A DNA stretch of 64,000 nucleotides, from positions 2,792,001 to 2,856,000 of the forward strand of contig MU058687.1 of assembly GCA_013265495.1 (NCBI GenBank), in the 5' to 3' direction. How positions within the stretch are numbered: the stretch's first letter is position 1; each line of letters begins with the position of its first letter. Of this stretch, positions 13,801 through 27,581 are shown piece after piece. Position numbers and translations under genes: made by a program. The notes beneath the pieces are model-generated. The model had not been told where the DNA came from and ran no database searches. It worked only from the letters and a program-made list of their open reading frames with translations. The DNA comes from Vicugna vicugna (Eukaryota).

Positions 13801-14164
13801 AACCCTCCAACCCCCTCGGCCTTGTTGGGTGCCTTCCCATGTATCTCCCTGCAGCAGACCCGCCAGGGAGGGGCTTCACCCCACAGGCTGTCTCTGCAGT
13901 GTCTACCGGACAACAAGCCCAGCATGGCTGGAGACGGGTCCAAAGTCCAGGGTGGATGCTGGGCTGCTATTGGTCCCCTCCTGTGTCATAGGGGCCTCCA
14001 ATGTGGGTCCAGGTAATGTCCAGCTCTCCCAGCCTGGGCTTCTCCTTCAAAAGAAGAAAACTAAGGGACCTTGGAGGAACTCACTGTCCCAGGAAGTATG
14101 GTAAGGAGTGGGAACTTGCCAAAGGTTGTGCTGGATGAGGGAGTTAGGCAAGGAGCACGGAGGA

Positions 14165-14960
14165 AAGGAGGGTAGTTTTCTTTATATTAGAATTTTTTCT
14201 CTGCATAAAAAACTGTGAACACAGAAGTAAAGAGAGGAAAAAAGTTCCCTTTTCCCCCCATCTCTCATCTATATCCCTGCTTCCCCAGCAGTAACCTATA
14301 TTAGCAGTTGGCTCTGTATCAGCCCAGACTTTTTTCTGGGCACTTACACACACACACACACACACCCATGTGTGTATGATTCCAGGATCTTTGTTTTTCT
14401 TTGCTTTTACATAAATGGGGTCAAGCTGACCATATTGTCCTGCAACTTTTCCCCCATAACCATATATTCTGGACACTTTTTCATGACCACATATATGGAG
14501 CATCCTCATCTGTTGGTTTTTTCCCCCCGAATTTCTGCATAGTGTTGCACGTATGGATGTAACACAGTTGATACAACCACTCCCCTTCCACTCAGACGTT
14601 CCTCGGGGTCCCTTTTGCCAGCCCGATTCTGGGGAGCATGGATCAAAGGCTTTTACGGTAAATGGTGCTGCTGCACAATTTGGGGGTTTGCCACCCACAC
14701 CTGAATGTTGTAGCCTCTCCGACCTCCCATGAACAGATAAGACGTCTCCAGTTTTCTTCCATGCGAACAATTCTGTAGCCAGCATCCACGCCCATGGCTC
14801 TTGGTGCATATATACAAGTATTTCTGTAGGTGTTGATACCTTGAGGTAGAGTAAGTGGGCCGAAGTGCCTGCATCCTATAGATGACAGACCCTGCCAAGG
14901 TGTGGGAGGGCGCTTTCAGCCTCCTCCGCCCCAGTCCGCCTAGCACATATCCATCATGTG
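14165..14960 (-). mobile_element. Old L1 (L1ME/MC-like) 3' fragment with a (CA)n tract
   Basis: T-rich L1 3'UTR motifs; (CA)n at ~14347-14365. Confidence 0.6.
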
Positions 14961-16790
14961 GCTGCTGGCTGGGCTGGTGCTTCCAGGAAATCAATTGTAA
15001 AGACTGGCAATTGTCAGCAGCTCGCACACTGGGGGCCATCCAGAGAGTAGTTTAAATTGTAGGAGAAAATCGTACAGGGCTCAAACCACTCATAATGGAG
15101 ACCTCTTGGTGACCTTTCTGGAGAAGTTAAAAGAACATAGGCAGACACACTCACCCTCCATCATTCACCACCAGTCCACCTGGCGGGAGCACGGCCCTCT
15201 GCCCTCTGAGAAGCCGATCCTCATTAGCAGGCCCGGTGGGAAGTTAGGGGCTGGTCCAGGGCCCAGACCGCCGGCAAGGAGGCCAGCAGGGGCGCCCCCT
15301 TCCCTGGAGGGTGGACCCAGTGGAGCTGCTCAAGGTCACAGTATCCACCCACTTCTGTCTCCCCCTAAAGAGACCACCTGGCAGGCAGGCAGCGGTCCTC
15401 CAGGAAGTCCCCTCTCTACCCATTACCCCGGCCACTGGATCCTCCAGCTGAGTACAGCCCTCTTTCCTCCCCTGCTCAAACAGGTGCTGGCCCCACTGCC
15501 TCTGTGCTTATCATCCAGCCTGGCACCCTCGCCCCGCACCTCTGTGTGCAAGGGGCCCCTGGAGGGTAGTATGGGGGAGGAAGTGCCATGTGGACAAATC
15601 CAACACGTTCCTTAACTGGGAGGGTGACTAGAGCAAACTTAACCTGGTTTCAAAGCAGCTAGGTTTATAAGCCCTCACTCTCTACCCCTCGTCCCCATTC
15701 CTTCCGCTCCAGATCCCAGCCACCCACACCCACACCCATACCTGGCCCTGCACAGAAAACCTGGCCACAGCAATGAGCATGGGGAAATAGACAATCAGCC
15801 TCTATATGCTGTTGTCTCCCAGTCTCCAGGCCAGCTTATCCGATAATCATAAAAATAACTCTCGCTATGTCAATTGGGCACTCACAGTGCAGTGTGCTGA
15901 GCTTTACATATATTATCTGACTTAATTTTCACAAACTCTAAGTATTAGGTACCGTTATGATATAGAGGTAAGGAGACAGGTTGGGTGACTTTATCCAGGT
16001 CACACAGCTGGTGAGTGCTAGAGCCAGGACTGGAAGCCAGGTCCCCATCATACTCCAAGGCTGTGTGCTACCCCGGCTCCCAATAACTTCATCCCATTCC
16101 TTCTTCTGGGGTGTCCCAAAGACCAGGTTGAGCTGGCACATTTCCCAGGGCTGCCCTCTGGGCTGGGTGGGGCTGCCTCTTCTGGTCCCTGGAGCTGTAT
16201 GGGTTCCTGGCAGAGAAATGACCCTCACATCTCCTCCCTGTCCTCCAGATTCTCCAACTCTCTCCTGAGCAGACCCAGCCCCCTTGGGCCACCTGACGAG
16301 CCAGCCTGCTTGCCAGGGAACACTGTGGCTGCAGGGGACCAGCTCAGCCCAAGGACTGTGGAACTCCGTATGGGGAGCGCCTCCCCACCTGAGCCCAAGT
16401 GGGAGCTGGTTTCTGGGCTTCCCGACTGCAGGCAGGCTGGGAGGTGGGAGATGGAAGCAGCCCCCACTGCTGCCCTCATGTGGCCTGGGCCCCCGGCTGC
16501 TACATCTCCCTCCTCCCTCCTCCCTCCTTCCTCCTTGCTGGTCTCCAACCTACCCAGCTGCCAAGGACCCACCTCTAGTCCTAAATCCTGTGTGGGTGCC
16601 CAGGTCGTTCTGCCTGCTGAGGAGAGGGAGGCAGAAAGACAGGGAATTCCTGACCACCAGATAACACCCCAGAGCCTGTAACATCAATGGAAATGAAGTA
16701 TACTTATCTGTTGTTCTGAAAGATGCCCTGGCATTGTTTCATTAAAAAAACAAAGGGGTGGGGAGGAAGAAAGCAGGTTTTAAAGCTGTG

Positions 16791-16829
16791 TTACAGTAAG
16801 AAAACATTTTACAGTAAGAAAACATTTTA
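16791..16829. repeat. Perfect 18-bp tandem duplication ttacagtaagaaaacatt x2
   Basis: Read directly from the sequence. Confidence 0.9.
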
Positions 16830-18319
16830 TTAATAAAATAAAAGTATTCTGTATGTAGCTAAGCATAGAAAAAGGATATTTGCCAAGATGTTAACAGATG
16901 ATTTTTGTTTTCTTCTCTTGGCTGATCTGTGTTTTCTATTTTTTTTCAATGAATATCAATTACCCACATACTTTTAAAAAGCAATAAAAATAAACAAATC
17001 CCAGACTGGTTATACATCTTCCTGTCCTCGTCCTGACCCCCAACAGCTCTCCTAAGAAAATTCACAGATCCATATTCCTGGACCTTCCCTTCTCCCTCTG
17101 ATCATTTCCACCTCTCGGTGATGTGTGCATTTGTGGTGGGTAGTTGGGGGGGACGGTTCCTTCCTGCTCCAGGAAGCCTTCCCTTGACTAATGGGAGGTG
17201 TGAAGGCTTTGCCCAGGGGGAGCTTTCTCACTGACCCAGCTCCGTCCAAAAGTACAGTGCCCGGAGGTCCTCTCCACGCCTTCCCTGGCTGCCCTTTCAA
17301 GGAGGAGGAAATGCTTCGCTTTCTCCTGCATTGTTAGCTTTTGCCAACTGATGCTGTCTTCCCAAGTCCGAGAAGCTCAGAGGCAGGGCCTCCCCTGATC
17401 ACGTGGACTGAAGCCCCAAGGCAAATGGCGCCACTGCTGAGAGCCAATTATGGCAAAAAAGAAGAGTGAGGGGAAAGAAATCACAGAAAAGAGGGAGCAG
17501 TGCTTCAGGACAGGGCCACGCTGGCCCCTTCCAGAAAGATTTGAGGAAACTAGCAAGGAGATGGAAAAGGAGCTTCCTGAGCATCTACAATATCCATACA
17601 GTGGACCCTCCGTAGACATGCCCTCGCCCTTTGTGCATTTGAGGCAGGGAGGCACCTGGGCCTTGACTTCCTGTATCTCTGGTGCTTCATGCCACGTCTC
17701 CCATCAGAGTAGGTTCCTGAGGTCTCTGGATGGAGAAATTAGTGTTGGTGGGCAGTGTTTTCTCCTCCCCTGTGTTAGCCACTGCCCAGGCTCCCCAAGA
17801 GCCATAGACACCCTTCTGCTCAGGAGCAGTGGCTCCAACCAAGCATTCTCCCAAGGGTGCTGGCTCTCTGAGCACCAGCTAGTTTAATGATGCAGTTGCT
17901 AATATCACTGTTCTGGCCATTAGACTAGCAGCCATCAGAAAGGCAATCTAGAGGGCCCAGAGAGCTGCTGCAACCCAGCCTAACCCAGGGTTCCAGGGAA
18001 AGGAGCAGAGGATCTTGATCCCCATCTTCAAATCACATTCCTGGAGATGGCCACCCCTAGAGGCCCAGAAAACAAGCTCCCAGCCCCGCCAAGCCTCTTA
18101 CACACACAGGAAAAATGTGGGAGTTGGCACACCTATTTGGGAGGCAAGAGACCCTCCCTGGTACTCTTCTAGCTTGTACCTAGCCATCTGGGTCATGTAG
18201 GCCTTGCCACCAAACCTCCCCCCCTTCTACTTACACTGTGTTATGGCATCAAGAAGGGTTTCAAAGGGCATTGCTGAAGAATGTTCAGTCCCTGGCAGCA
18301 TCTCCTCCTTGAATAGGGG

Positions 18320-18600
18320 GTCTGTTAATGAGTTCCCTGCATGAGCAACTCGGTTTGTGGGCAGGTAGTTGAAGGTTGATTGATAGCGACACCCCGTGGA
18401 CACAATGGGTAACTGCACTTAGCTGGGCGAAAGCCACAGGACGATATCTGGCTTTCCTCATTTCGTAGAGAGGAGCTGATTGCAATTAATCACACTCATC
18501 GCCTTACACAGGCAGCTATCTTAGAGCTGAAAAGAATTGCTCCAAAAATCAGAAAACAAAATTCCAGCCACACATTTCCATTAGCCTCAAGCTAGACACC
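18320..18600. promoter_or_regulatory. Candidate conserved enhancer
   Basis: TGATTGAT (PBX-type), ACAATGG (SOX-type), TGATTGCAATTAATCA, retained CpGs. Confidence 0.4.
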
Positions 18601-19156
18601 TGTTTCATTTAAATTTGTCCTTTTTCATATATTGACCTGATAAAAGGGTCCAGTGACCATGGAGGGAGAGTAATGTCAACAATAATATTAACAAAAAAAA
18701 TGTAAAGGGCTGTTCACTCTTGCCATGAATTTCATGCATTATCTCATTTAATCTTCCCAACAACCCATGGAGATATATGCTCTTATCCCCAACATTCAGA
18801 GGAAGAACTGGAGACTTGGGGGCATCAGAGGAAGCTAGGCTCGGCCTCTTCTCCTGCCTCTGTAAATGAGCACTGTCCTTCTTCCCATAGCTGTTCACTA
18901 GCAGAACTATGGCCTCAATGGCACTGATCATGAACAGGATTGTTCACATCTATAGCTCCAGTCCCTTACGCAGTGTCTAGCACATGGAAGGTGCTCACGG
19001 GTAACTGAATAAGACGGACACCTGTGAGGAGTGCTGGAAACATCCCCAGAGGGCATGGCACTGGGGCCCCTGATGCATTTCAAGTGATGTTTGAGGATTA
19101 TAAAATGCAACCTTTTTGTTTTTTTAGGTTATACCATGGCCCCAGTATGATAAATA

Positions 19157-20170
19157 TCAGTATTAGCTATCTATTGCTGTGTAAAAATTACTTCAATACT
19201 TGGTAGTTTGAAACAATAATCAACATTTATAATTACACAGTTTCTGTGGGCCAGGAACTGGGGAATGGCTTAGCTGGTTGTTCTGGATCCAGGCTTCTTA
19301 GGAGGTAGCCATCAAATGTCACAGAGGGCTACAGTCATCTGAAGGCTCGACTGGGGCTGTCAGATCTGCTCCCAAACTGGCTCACTCACATGGTAGCAAG
19401 TTGATGCTGGCTGGTGACAAGATGCCTCAGTTCCTTGCCATGTGGACCTCTCCACAGGGGGGCTTGAGTAGCCTCATGACACAGCAGCTGGCTTCCCCCG
19501 GAAGGAGTGGTTCAAAGGAGAGCAAGGAGGAAGTCACAATGTCTCTTGTGATTGTGTTAGCTTCTTAGGGCTGCTGTAACAAAGTACCTCAAATGGAGTG
19601 ACCTAAAACAGATATTAACTCTCTCAACTCTGGAGGTCAGAAGTCTGAAATAAATGTGTCAGCAAGACTCCTGCCAAAGGATCCAGAGAAGAATCCTTCC
19701 TTGCCTCTTCCAGTTTCTGGTGGCCCAAAATGTTTCTTGGCTTGTGACAGCATCACTCCAGACTCTGCCTCCATCTTCACATGGCCTTCTCCTCTGTGTC
19801 TATTTGGTCTATATCCCTCTTCTTTTAAGACACTGGTCATTGGATTTAGGGCTCATGCCAACCCATTACAACCCTTGATTACATCTACAAAGACCCTGCT
19901 CCCAAATAAGGTCACATACATAGGTCCTGAGAGTTAGGACTTCAACACATCCTTCTAGGGCACACAGTTGGCCCACAACAATAACCTAGCTGTGAAAGTC
20001 TCAGAGCAACATTTCTGCAGCAGCAAGTGGTTACAAGGATCAGCACTGCTCAGGGTGGGAGGAGACCACACAGGGTGAATTTCAGGAGGTGAGGATAACT
20101 GGGAGCCAAGTTGGAGGCTGGCTACCACGATATCAGACAGCAATTGAACATGAGACACACAGCCATGTGC
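19157..20170 (-). mobile_element. MLT1 LTR with a younger MLT1A-D-type LTR nested at ~19554-19980
   Basis: tattagctatctattgctgtgtaaaaattac start; inner tgtgttagcttcttagggctgctgtaacaaagtacc...ggcccacaaca. Confidence 0.75.
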
Positions 20171-22369
20171 AATGTTCACAAAGGAAACCATGGAGAACCA
20201 GCTGTACAGCACTTGGGCTTCCTAGACTGTTAGAGTATAAAAAGAGTCAGTATGTGGGGAACAGATGGGTCTAGAAACGGAAATCACCCAGGAGAGTAAA
20301 GCCATGCTGTGAACTGCCCCAACAGGGTTGGGGACCCTACCACCTGCATCTCAGGCCTGGTGATGGGGGCTTCCACAAAGCCTCTTGGGCCTGTGCCAGG
20401 AGGAGGGGCTGACCTGGGGTTGGGCCGGGGCCATGTAAGTGCTTCCCAAGGACCAGATGTGGGCATCTGGGGAGAAAGGCCAGCATGGAGTCATTTTAAG
20501 TCCTGTAGCACCTCCTAATGGGCAAAGGGGTCCCAGCAAGAAGAAGGTGGAGGGAGACGCTGGATTCTTGGGGCTGAAGATGGAGCCACAAGCCATTACC
20601 TGGAACAGAGATGCAGATCTGGGACCTCAGCAGAGAGCTGCAGAGATAGGAACCTCTGAAGAAGCTAGGAGACCCCCCCCCAGGAAATGGCATTCACCAT
20701 CTGCCAGGCCCAGAGAGCTGGCAACTCTGCAATCATGTAAGTATTGTCCTATTCCCTCACCCCCCACACCTACCCCTCCCACTTAGACCCTGCAAGCAAC
20801 CAGCACGCAGGGAGGGCAGAGGGTCAGGTGAGAAAACAGACAAAAGCCTCCTACAGCCCAGTCCCTGAAGGCCGATGCTTCAACTCAGGACCTTGGAGCA
20901 GGAGAAGGAAGGTCGGTCTCTAAAGGAAGATGAAAGTGTCATTTCATATCTATGACCGGGTGCTTTAAAGCTCTAGATTGAGCCTGGCTTTTGTGACATA
21001 AAATGACCATACCCAAGCCTGGCCGCAAGATCCCACGGGCAAAGGGGAAATGCCTCCTGCCCATCCTTGTTAAACGGACAGTGAGAGGTAGAAACTGAGT
21101 TGCATTTTTATTCCATGCCTTATTCAGGGATTGAGGCTTTCTCAAGGGAAGTTGAGCCTTCTATTCCCCACTCCTGCCACCTCCAGGGCCACAGCCTTGA
21201 CACACAGGGAGGTTCCTAAAGAAAATTCTCTCAGCTTTTGTCCAGAATTGAGGAATGTTTACTAATTTTTCCTTCCTATCTGTCTGGAAATGACAGGAAC
21301 AGGGAAAAAAAAAAAGGACTCTTTGTCCCCTGTGCAAAACACCCACACCCTCCCGAACTCTTCACCCTGCCGTGGCCTGACTTCACCCCGGGAGGGGGAG
21401 GCGAGGTATGAGGTTGGTGGAAAGGTTCCCGGAGGAGAAACTTGGCCTGAGAACAAGAGCTGTTTTTCTAAGCCTTCTGCACTTCAGCTAAGTGGGCGAG
21501 GGGTCTGAGCAAAGATGGCAGGGAGTGTAGTGCAGCGGAGGGGGGAAGGCGGGGCAGAGTTCTACTGAAATTAAAATTCCCCAGGGATGTTGAGGTTGTG
21601 ATCTGATCGGTCTTTTAAGTGTCTTATTTGTTATTATTGGGAAAAAAAAACAGGGGTGCTGCTTCTGAGTCTCCCCTCTCTCACTGTCCTTGCACCAAGC
21701 TTGGCTCCTTCCGTTCTCAAGAGTCAAGCCCCTCAAGAGAAGGCACTGGGACCAGGCAGGAGTTGGTCCCAGTCTTCAGCTCACAAGCCTGCTGATCAGA
21801 TACCCACCAGGAAGGTTCCAGCTCCTAGCCAGGACCCAGCAGAGCAGAGGCGTGGGCTGCAATGAAAGTGGGAATGTGAGCCTGGAAAGCTGGGGCATCC
21901 CACAGTCAGCGCTTCTAGAAAAGCCCGCCTTCCCCAGCACAGAGGCTTCAGGGAGTAGAGACTGGGTTCTCTGTATTTCAGTAAAAAGCATTTATTGTGC
22001 CGATGATGTCAGTGGTATTTCAGGACCTAAACGAGCCTAGTTTTTCAGTCCGTAGGGCAGAGGGCTTCTAACACTCCTGAAAAGATGCTAAGCCCAAAAT
22101 AAAATCCCTCTGTCACCAGGCCACACATTTCTCTCTCTCCCGGACCCTGGTGCCAAGAAGCAGTCACAATTCCCCACCAGCCAGTGGCAGCACTCTTGGA
22201 TCAGTTTCCTGAAGAGCTTAATCATGAACAAATTGCTGTCACTTTGCCTGGAGCTGACAAACCCAGGAGAGTCTCAGGATGAGGCCTCCCCTGGTGAGAA
22301 CACATCCCTTCTGGGAACCTCTGTTTCTCAGCACCTGTTTGCACCAGGTGGCTTAGCACGGTGTGGGGT

Positions 22370-22600
22370 TAGCAGGGCTTCTCAACTTCAGCACTAGCGG
22401 CCTTTAGGGCTAGGTAAGTCTTTGTTGTGGGGGTGGCCCTGTGCCTTGTGTGGTGTTAAGGGCCATGCCTGGCCTCTGTCCACAAGATGCCAGGAGAACC
22501 CCCTTCTCTTTCCTCCCCCAGCATAACAATCAAAACTGCCTCAACATTGCTAGGTGTCCTTGGGGGCAAAGTCCTTCCTCGTGGAGAAGCACTGGCTAGA
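22370..22600. mobile_element. MER20 DNA transposon
   Basis: cagggcttctcaacttcagcacta...tttgttgtggggg...acaatcaaaactgcctc...gagaagcactg. Confidence 0.75.
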
Positions 22601-22721
22601 AGCAGTGCTCATTCCGCGACTAGGCAGCCAAGGAGATCCAGGGTAGAGCTCGGCCACAAGTATCCCAAAGGAATATTTATTCCTGGCAAAAAGAGACCAA
22701 GTCTACGTGGCCCCTGTATCA

Positions 22722-23215
22722 GTTAGTGTTCTGTTGGATGTATTAAGTGACAGGAAGTTCAACTAAGTGACTTAATGGGGTGGGAGGTGTAGAAGACCAG
22801 GGATTTAGGCAAAGTGCTGACTCAGGCCCAGCTTGAACCAGGGACTCAAACAACATCATCAGGACTTGATTCTGGACGCTGCTCTTCTCCAGTTTTAGGT
22901 TCCTTGTCCAGGCAAGATGGCTGCCAGTGCTCGGGTCCCACATCTTCCCAGCTTGGAGACTTGTGGGAGGCGGGGATGTAAAGTGTTTCTCCTTCTGCAG
23001 TCCCAGCAGAAGTCTCATTGCACTTCCTTGGTTCTCATCTGGTCAAGAGTCCATCACAAGCAAAACACCCTGGTCAGGGAACGAGCTGGACTAGCTGGTC
23101 AGGCTGCGGTCACACGCCCACCTCTGGACCTGGAGAGAAGTCATCTCTGCATGCAGGGCACAGAAGATGGAAAAAGTGAGGGTTCTTAAGAGGAAAATCA
23201 CGGTACAGCTACCAG
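22722..23215 (-). mobile_element. MLT1J/K-like LTR
   Basis: gtatcagttag...aagtgacaggaa...caagatggctgccag...ctggtcaggct..ggtcacacgccca. Confidence 0.55.
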
Positions 23216-26200
23216 AGGACAGGTGAAAGGATTCCAGATGACGAAAAGCAACAGGTAGCTACCGCAGCCTACACCAAAAAGCTCAGAAGCTCATCCATCA
23301 AGGTGAGAGGGAACAGTGTAAGGAGGACCTTCCTGAATGGCAGTGCAAAGGCTGTGCCGTGACCATCCGAGTCCACCCCTGGGTGAGAAACAAAAGCTCT
23401 CAGGTGTCTCTAGGACAAACTAGCAACTGACATGATTCATTCAAATGGGTTCCTGGAATGGAAACTACCAGAATTTCACCAAGATTCTTCCTCTCCTTCT
23501 TCCATAGCAACATATTTGCAGTTGGGCCCTAGCTGCCCAGGGTGGCACAGCATTTCCCAGCCTCCCTTGCAGTTAGGTGTACATGAGACTAAGTTAACAC
23601 TGCTCAGACAGAAGAGATGACCAGTCCTATGCCTTAAGATAGTGGGCATCTCATCCACACTCTTTTTCCTTTCCTTGAACCAGAACATGAACTTGCCTGA
23701 GACCCAGCTTTGACCATGTAAGTGAGAACGATGCCTTAAGGAGTGATGGAGAAAATGAGAGGAGCCTGGATCCCTGAATGACCAGGTGGAGCAGAGCCTT
23801 CCTGCCAGTCTGGAATGAGTACCTCAAGTGAAAAAGAAAGACATTCCTGTCTTTCCTAAGCTTCTAAATTATAGCATTTTCTCTATTTTAAGATGTAAGG
23901 TTTTTTTCATATTCTAATATCTCTGAAATCCATGACACCATTAGCCAGGCAATGGCCATCCTTAAGTCAGGCCCCAGGAAAATATTTTTGTGAGGCTCTT
24001 GTCTATAAAACACATTCATTTAAAATTAACACACTATAAAATTCATAAATCCATGTGAGGTATAGTGATTTATCAATGAAGATTTAGAATAATGAGTAGA
24101 GAAGAGCTGCTTATGTATTTGTTTATTGTCTCATCAATGCACATGAAGATTCTTCTTCTGGGCCAGGCACCATCTCTTCTTGTTTAGATCCAGAAATCTA
24201 TCTACCTCTTCATAATTTCACAGCTCCCACCACGAGAAAACAATAGCGACACATCATTATGCTGACTAAATACTGGACACGTAATGTTCTTCTTTGAAGA
24301 GAGCACCAAAAGTTCTATTTCAGCCTTTACTTTTGTTGCATGTTGTTCATCATTGGACATTTATTGAGGCTTTGTCTCCGTTCTAAAAATTGCATATTCT
24401 GTGGAAGTGCTGTTTTGTGTTCATTTGATAGAGATCTTGTATGTTTCTGATCCCAGATTCCCTCGTTGGCCAAAGCTGATGTTGAAAGAGGGATTTTTAA
24501 ACAAGGAACACCTGGGTTTTTAACTTAGACTATACTTAGACCATAAAACCCAGTTTCTACAGTTTCTTTCACTACTTGAAGATGTAAAGTGAGCTGCTCA
24601 TTTGCTTTCCAGACTTTAGCCAGGTCGCAAACAGTCCGGTTTTCCAGGTACCAGAGGGCTGCCAGCCTTTGCCCAAGTCTCAGAGATCCCGGTGCAGCAC
24701 GGCACCTGTGCAGCCGCAATCAGGAAGTCCTCGCCCGCCGTGCCCCCCTCCCCCGCTCTCCCCCAATGCCCTGGATGCTCTGCTTGCACGAGGCTCTTGA
24801 GGTTCTTAGACCTACACCAGCCGCAGAGCCAGCGGTGTTGCGGCTATTTGGGTGGGACTGACTGTGGGCCTGGGAGTTCGACCTTGCGGGGTGGCATCAA
24901 GAAGAGGATAAGAAGAGCCTGGAGGGAAGGGGTGCGACGAGGGGTGCCAGGGTGCAGCCAGCTGGGGGAAACTGCAGGGCAACGGGACCCTTCCTGGCCC
25001 TTGCCCTCCCTGGGGCTGAGACTTTGACCTTGCAAGACCAGCCAGGGACCAGCAAAGGAGCCGTGAATGGGTGAGCAACAGGCCACAGGAAGTGCAGGGT
25101 CACACTACACAGGAACAGCAAAAGGGGCAAGGTTCTGAGTGGGAAGTGGCTGATAATGGGACAAGATCCCGTGTCAACAGAACATTTATATCAAAATCAA
25201 TTTAAGTTGAATCCTTTAGGGGGAAAAAAAGTGAATCTACCTACTATTATAACTACAATCATCATTCAATATCCAGAGCTTCATTTAGGTTCATGGATCT
25301 ATCCAAACGTTTGGGAGGTGGTTGAGAAATACTTAAACTTACACTAGCCTTTGCTACTGAGGTTGGATCTTTGATGGAGGCCAATCATGCCACAAAACCT
25401 TCGTTAATGCCAAAATCATGACTGATTGGTGACATACGCTGGATTTTCCAAGGATATGATGCAGTATCAATTACTTTTTTATCGTAATAAATCTTCCTGC
25501 CGACAGTGAGTGGGCTCCAGACAGGAACGGACCTCTGCTTTCCCTGGTGCTGCTGTTTGTTACTTTTTGCCTGTGCAGGATCCTTCTGGCAAGATCAAGA
25601 AAGTGCCAGCATCAAAACCTGAAGAGTGCCCCTAACTTGGAAAAAAAATCCCAAATGGTGAAATACTCATTTAAGATAAGCTGCATCAATCACCAGTGCT
25701 CTTGGTGTGAAGGACAACCTCGTGGGGAGAAATGCAGCAAAAATTCTCAGATGGAAAGTGGTTCAGAAGAGTTGACTTTTGATGGAGAAGAGGATCGGAT
25801 ACTTGGCGTCAGTAAGCACACACATTTATCTAGTCACGGTCAGTCCCATTGTCTCTGGTTCTAGGACTGGCCTTACCAGGCTGGATTGTTTTCCACTGGA
25901 CTTTAACACAAGGTAGTGTATCAAGATGGGTTCTGTCGCATTTGTGCTGAAGATACATGATGTGTGGACACAGAGCCGCCCAGGAAGGACCCCACCAGCC
26001 TAGTAAAAGCCACATGGATGTGGCAGCTGCTGTGATTTCCTCCAGCTTGCCTTTGGAAAGTAACAAATGCTTTATAGTTTGTAAAGCGATTTCATCTACA
26101 TTGTCTTATCCCATTCTCACACCACGGAAAGGAAGGCAGACGTTATCATCATTCCATTCTAGAAATGAGAAATAGCAGCTCTGAGGGGTAAAGGGACTTA

Positions 26201-26244
26201 ATCAGGGAACCATGGATTGTGACAAAGCCTGAATTTGACTGAGA

Positions 26245-26655
26245 TTTTTTTTAAAACATTTTTTATTGATTTATAATCATTTTACAATGTTGTGTCAAAT
26301 TCCGGTGTAGAGCACAATTTTTCAATTATACATGAACATATATATATTCATTGTCACATTCCTTTCTCTGTGAGCTACCATAAGATCTTGTATATATTTC
26401 CCTGTGCTATACAGTATAATCTTGTTTATCTATTCTACAATTTTGAAATCCCAGTCTATCTCTTCCCACCCCTACCACCTTAGCAACCACAAGTCTGTAT
26501 TCTATGTCTATGAGTCTATTTCTTTTCTGTATTTATGCTTTGTGGGTTTTTTGGTTTTGTTTTGTATTTTGTTTGTTTTGGTTTTTTTTAGATTCCACAT
26601 ATGAGCGATCTCATATGGTATTTTTCTTTCTCTGTCTGGCTTACTTCACTTAGTA
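26245..26655 (-). mobile_element. L1 3' end (artiodactyl/camelid type), 5'-truncated
   Basis: ttttttattgatttataatcattttacaatgttgtgtcaaattcc...ttagattccacatatgagcgatctcatatggtatttttc; possible TSD agattttt. Confidence 0.85.
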
Positions 26656-27581
26656 ACAGATTTTTAATGCCACTCCCTGGGCTCTGTTCACTGTGCCATG
26701 AAGTCTACTTTCAGCGAAATCCCATTTCCATCTTTGCCTTTTGTATTATCTAGATCTAGACAGTTTTGTGTTGGTTGTGGTTTTTTGTTTTGTTTTGTTT
26801 GTTTCTTTCTTTGTTGGTTTTTCAGGGATGGATATTTCCAGTCTACAGTGAAAATTCTTGTATAGCAAGAACCCCATTTGACTGCAACCATTGCAATTTC
26901 TCTTAGGTGACATTCCCACAGATTGCCCAAGAAGAAGTAGCAGCTCTCATGCATTATATCGCTTATGGAAACAAGAGGTACCTTTAAGAATGTGGTCGGT
27001 AGTCTTCACTCATTTTCAAGTTATACAAGAAACTCTCAGTACTCTTGGGTTTCAGGAACTATCAAGTGGCATTTATAGAATACCACCAACTTCCCTCGCC
27101 CCCTACCCCGACCTCAAGTATTAGTATCTATTTGTATCAGTTGGCACATTCTTGTTATTTTTTATTGAAGGAGGAGGTTGTTTTATTCATTTTGTTTTGT
27201 GGGAGTTGTTTTGTTTGGATGCAGGGCTCCCTGGAGAGCAAGATAAGAGTAGTGGAAGGAACTGATGAGCTGTCTTCCTCCAGCCTGCCTAAGAGACTCA
27301 TTTCCAGCCCCAGTGAAGGAAAAGTTAAGGGGATAAAAGGAAAGAGGACTAGTCATGTAAGACTTTGAGCAACTAAAGATACAAGTGGTTCTGCTTTGGG
27401 ACAATTTGGCCATTCAGTGAGAATGTCATTTGTTCCCCACTGCACCATCCTGTCCTCCACTTAGGCAACTTGGTGGCGTACTGTGGCCCCAGGAGAGAAT
27501 GCTATGCCTGGGCAACAGGAGTGACCACTATAAGAACAGTGTCTTTACAGTAGACACATGGGCTGATGAGGAACCATATAA

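Noticed and set aside
14144..14809. 221-aa ORF
   Set aside because: Lies inside an old L1 fragment and reads through a (CA)n tract (VCVCVC)
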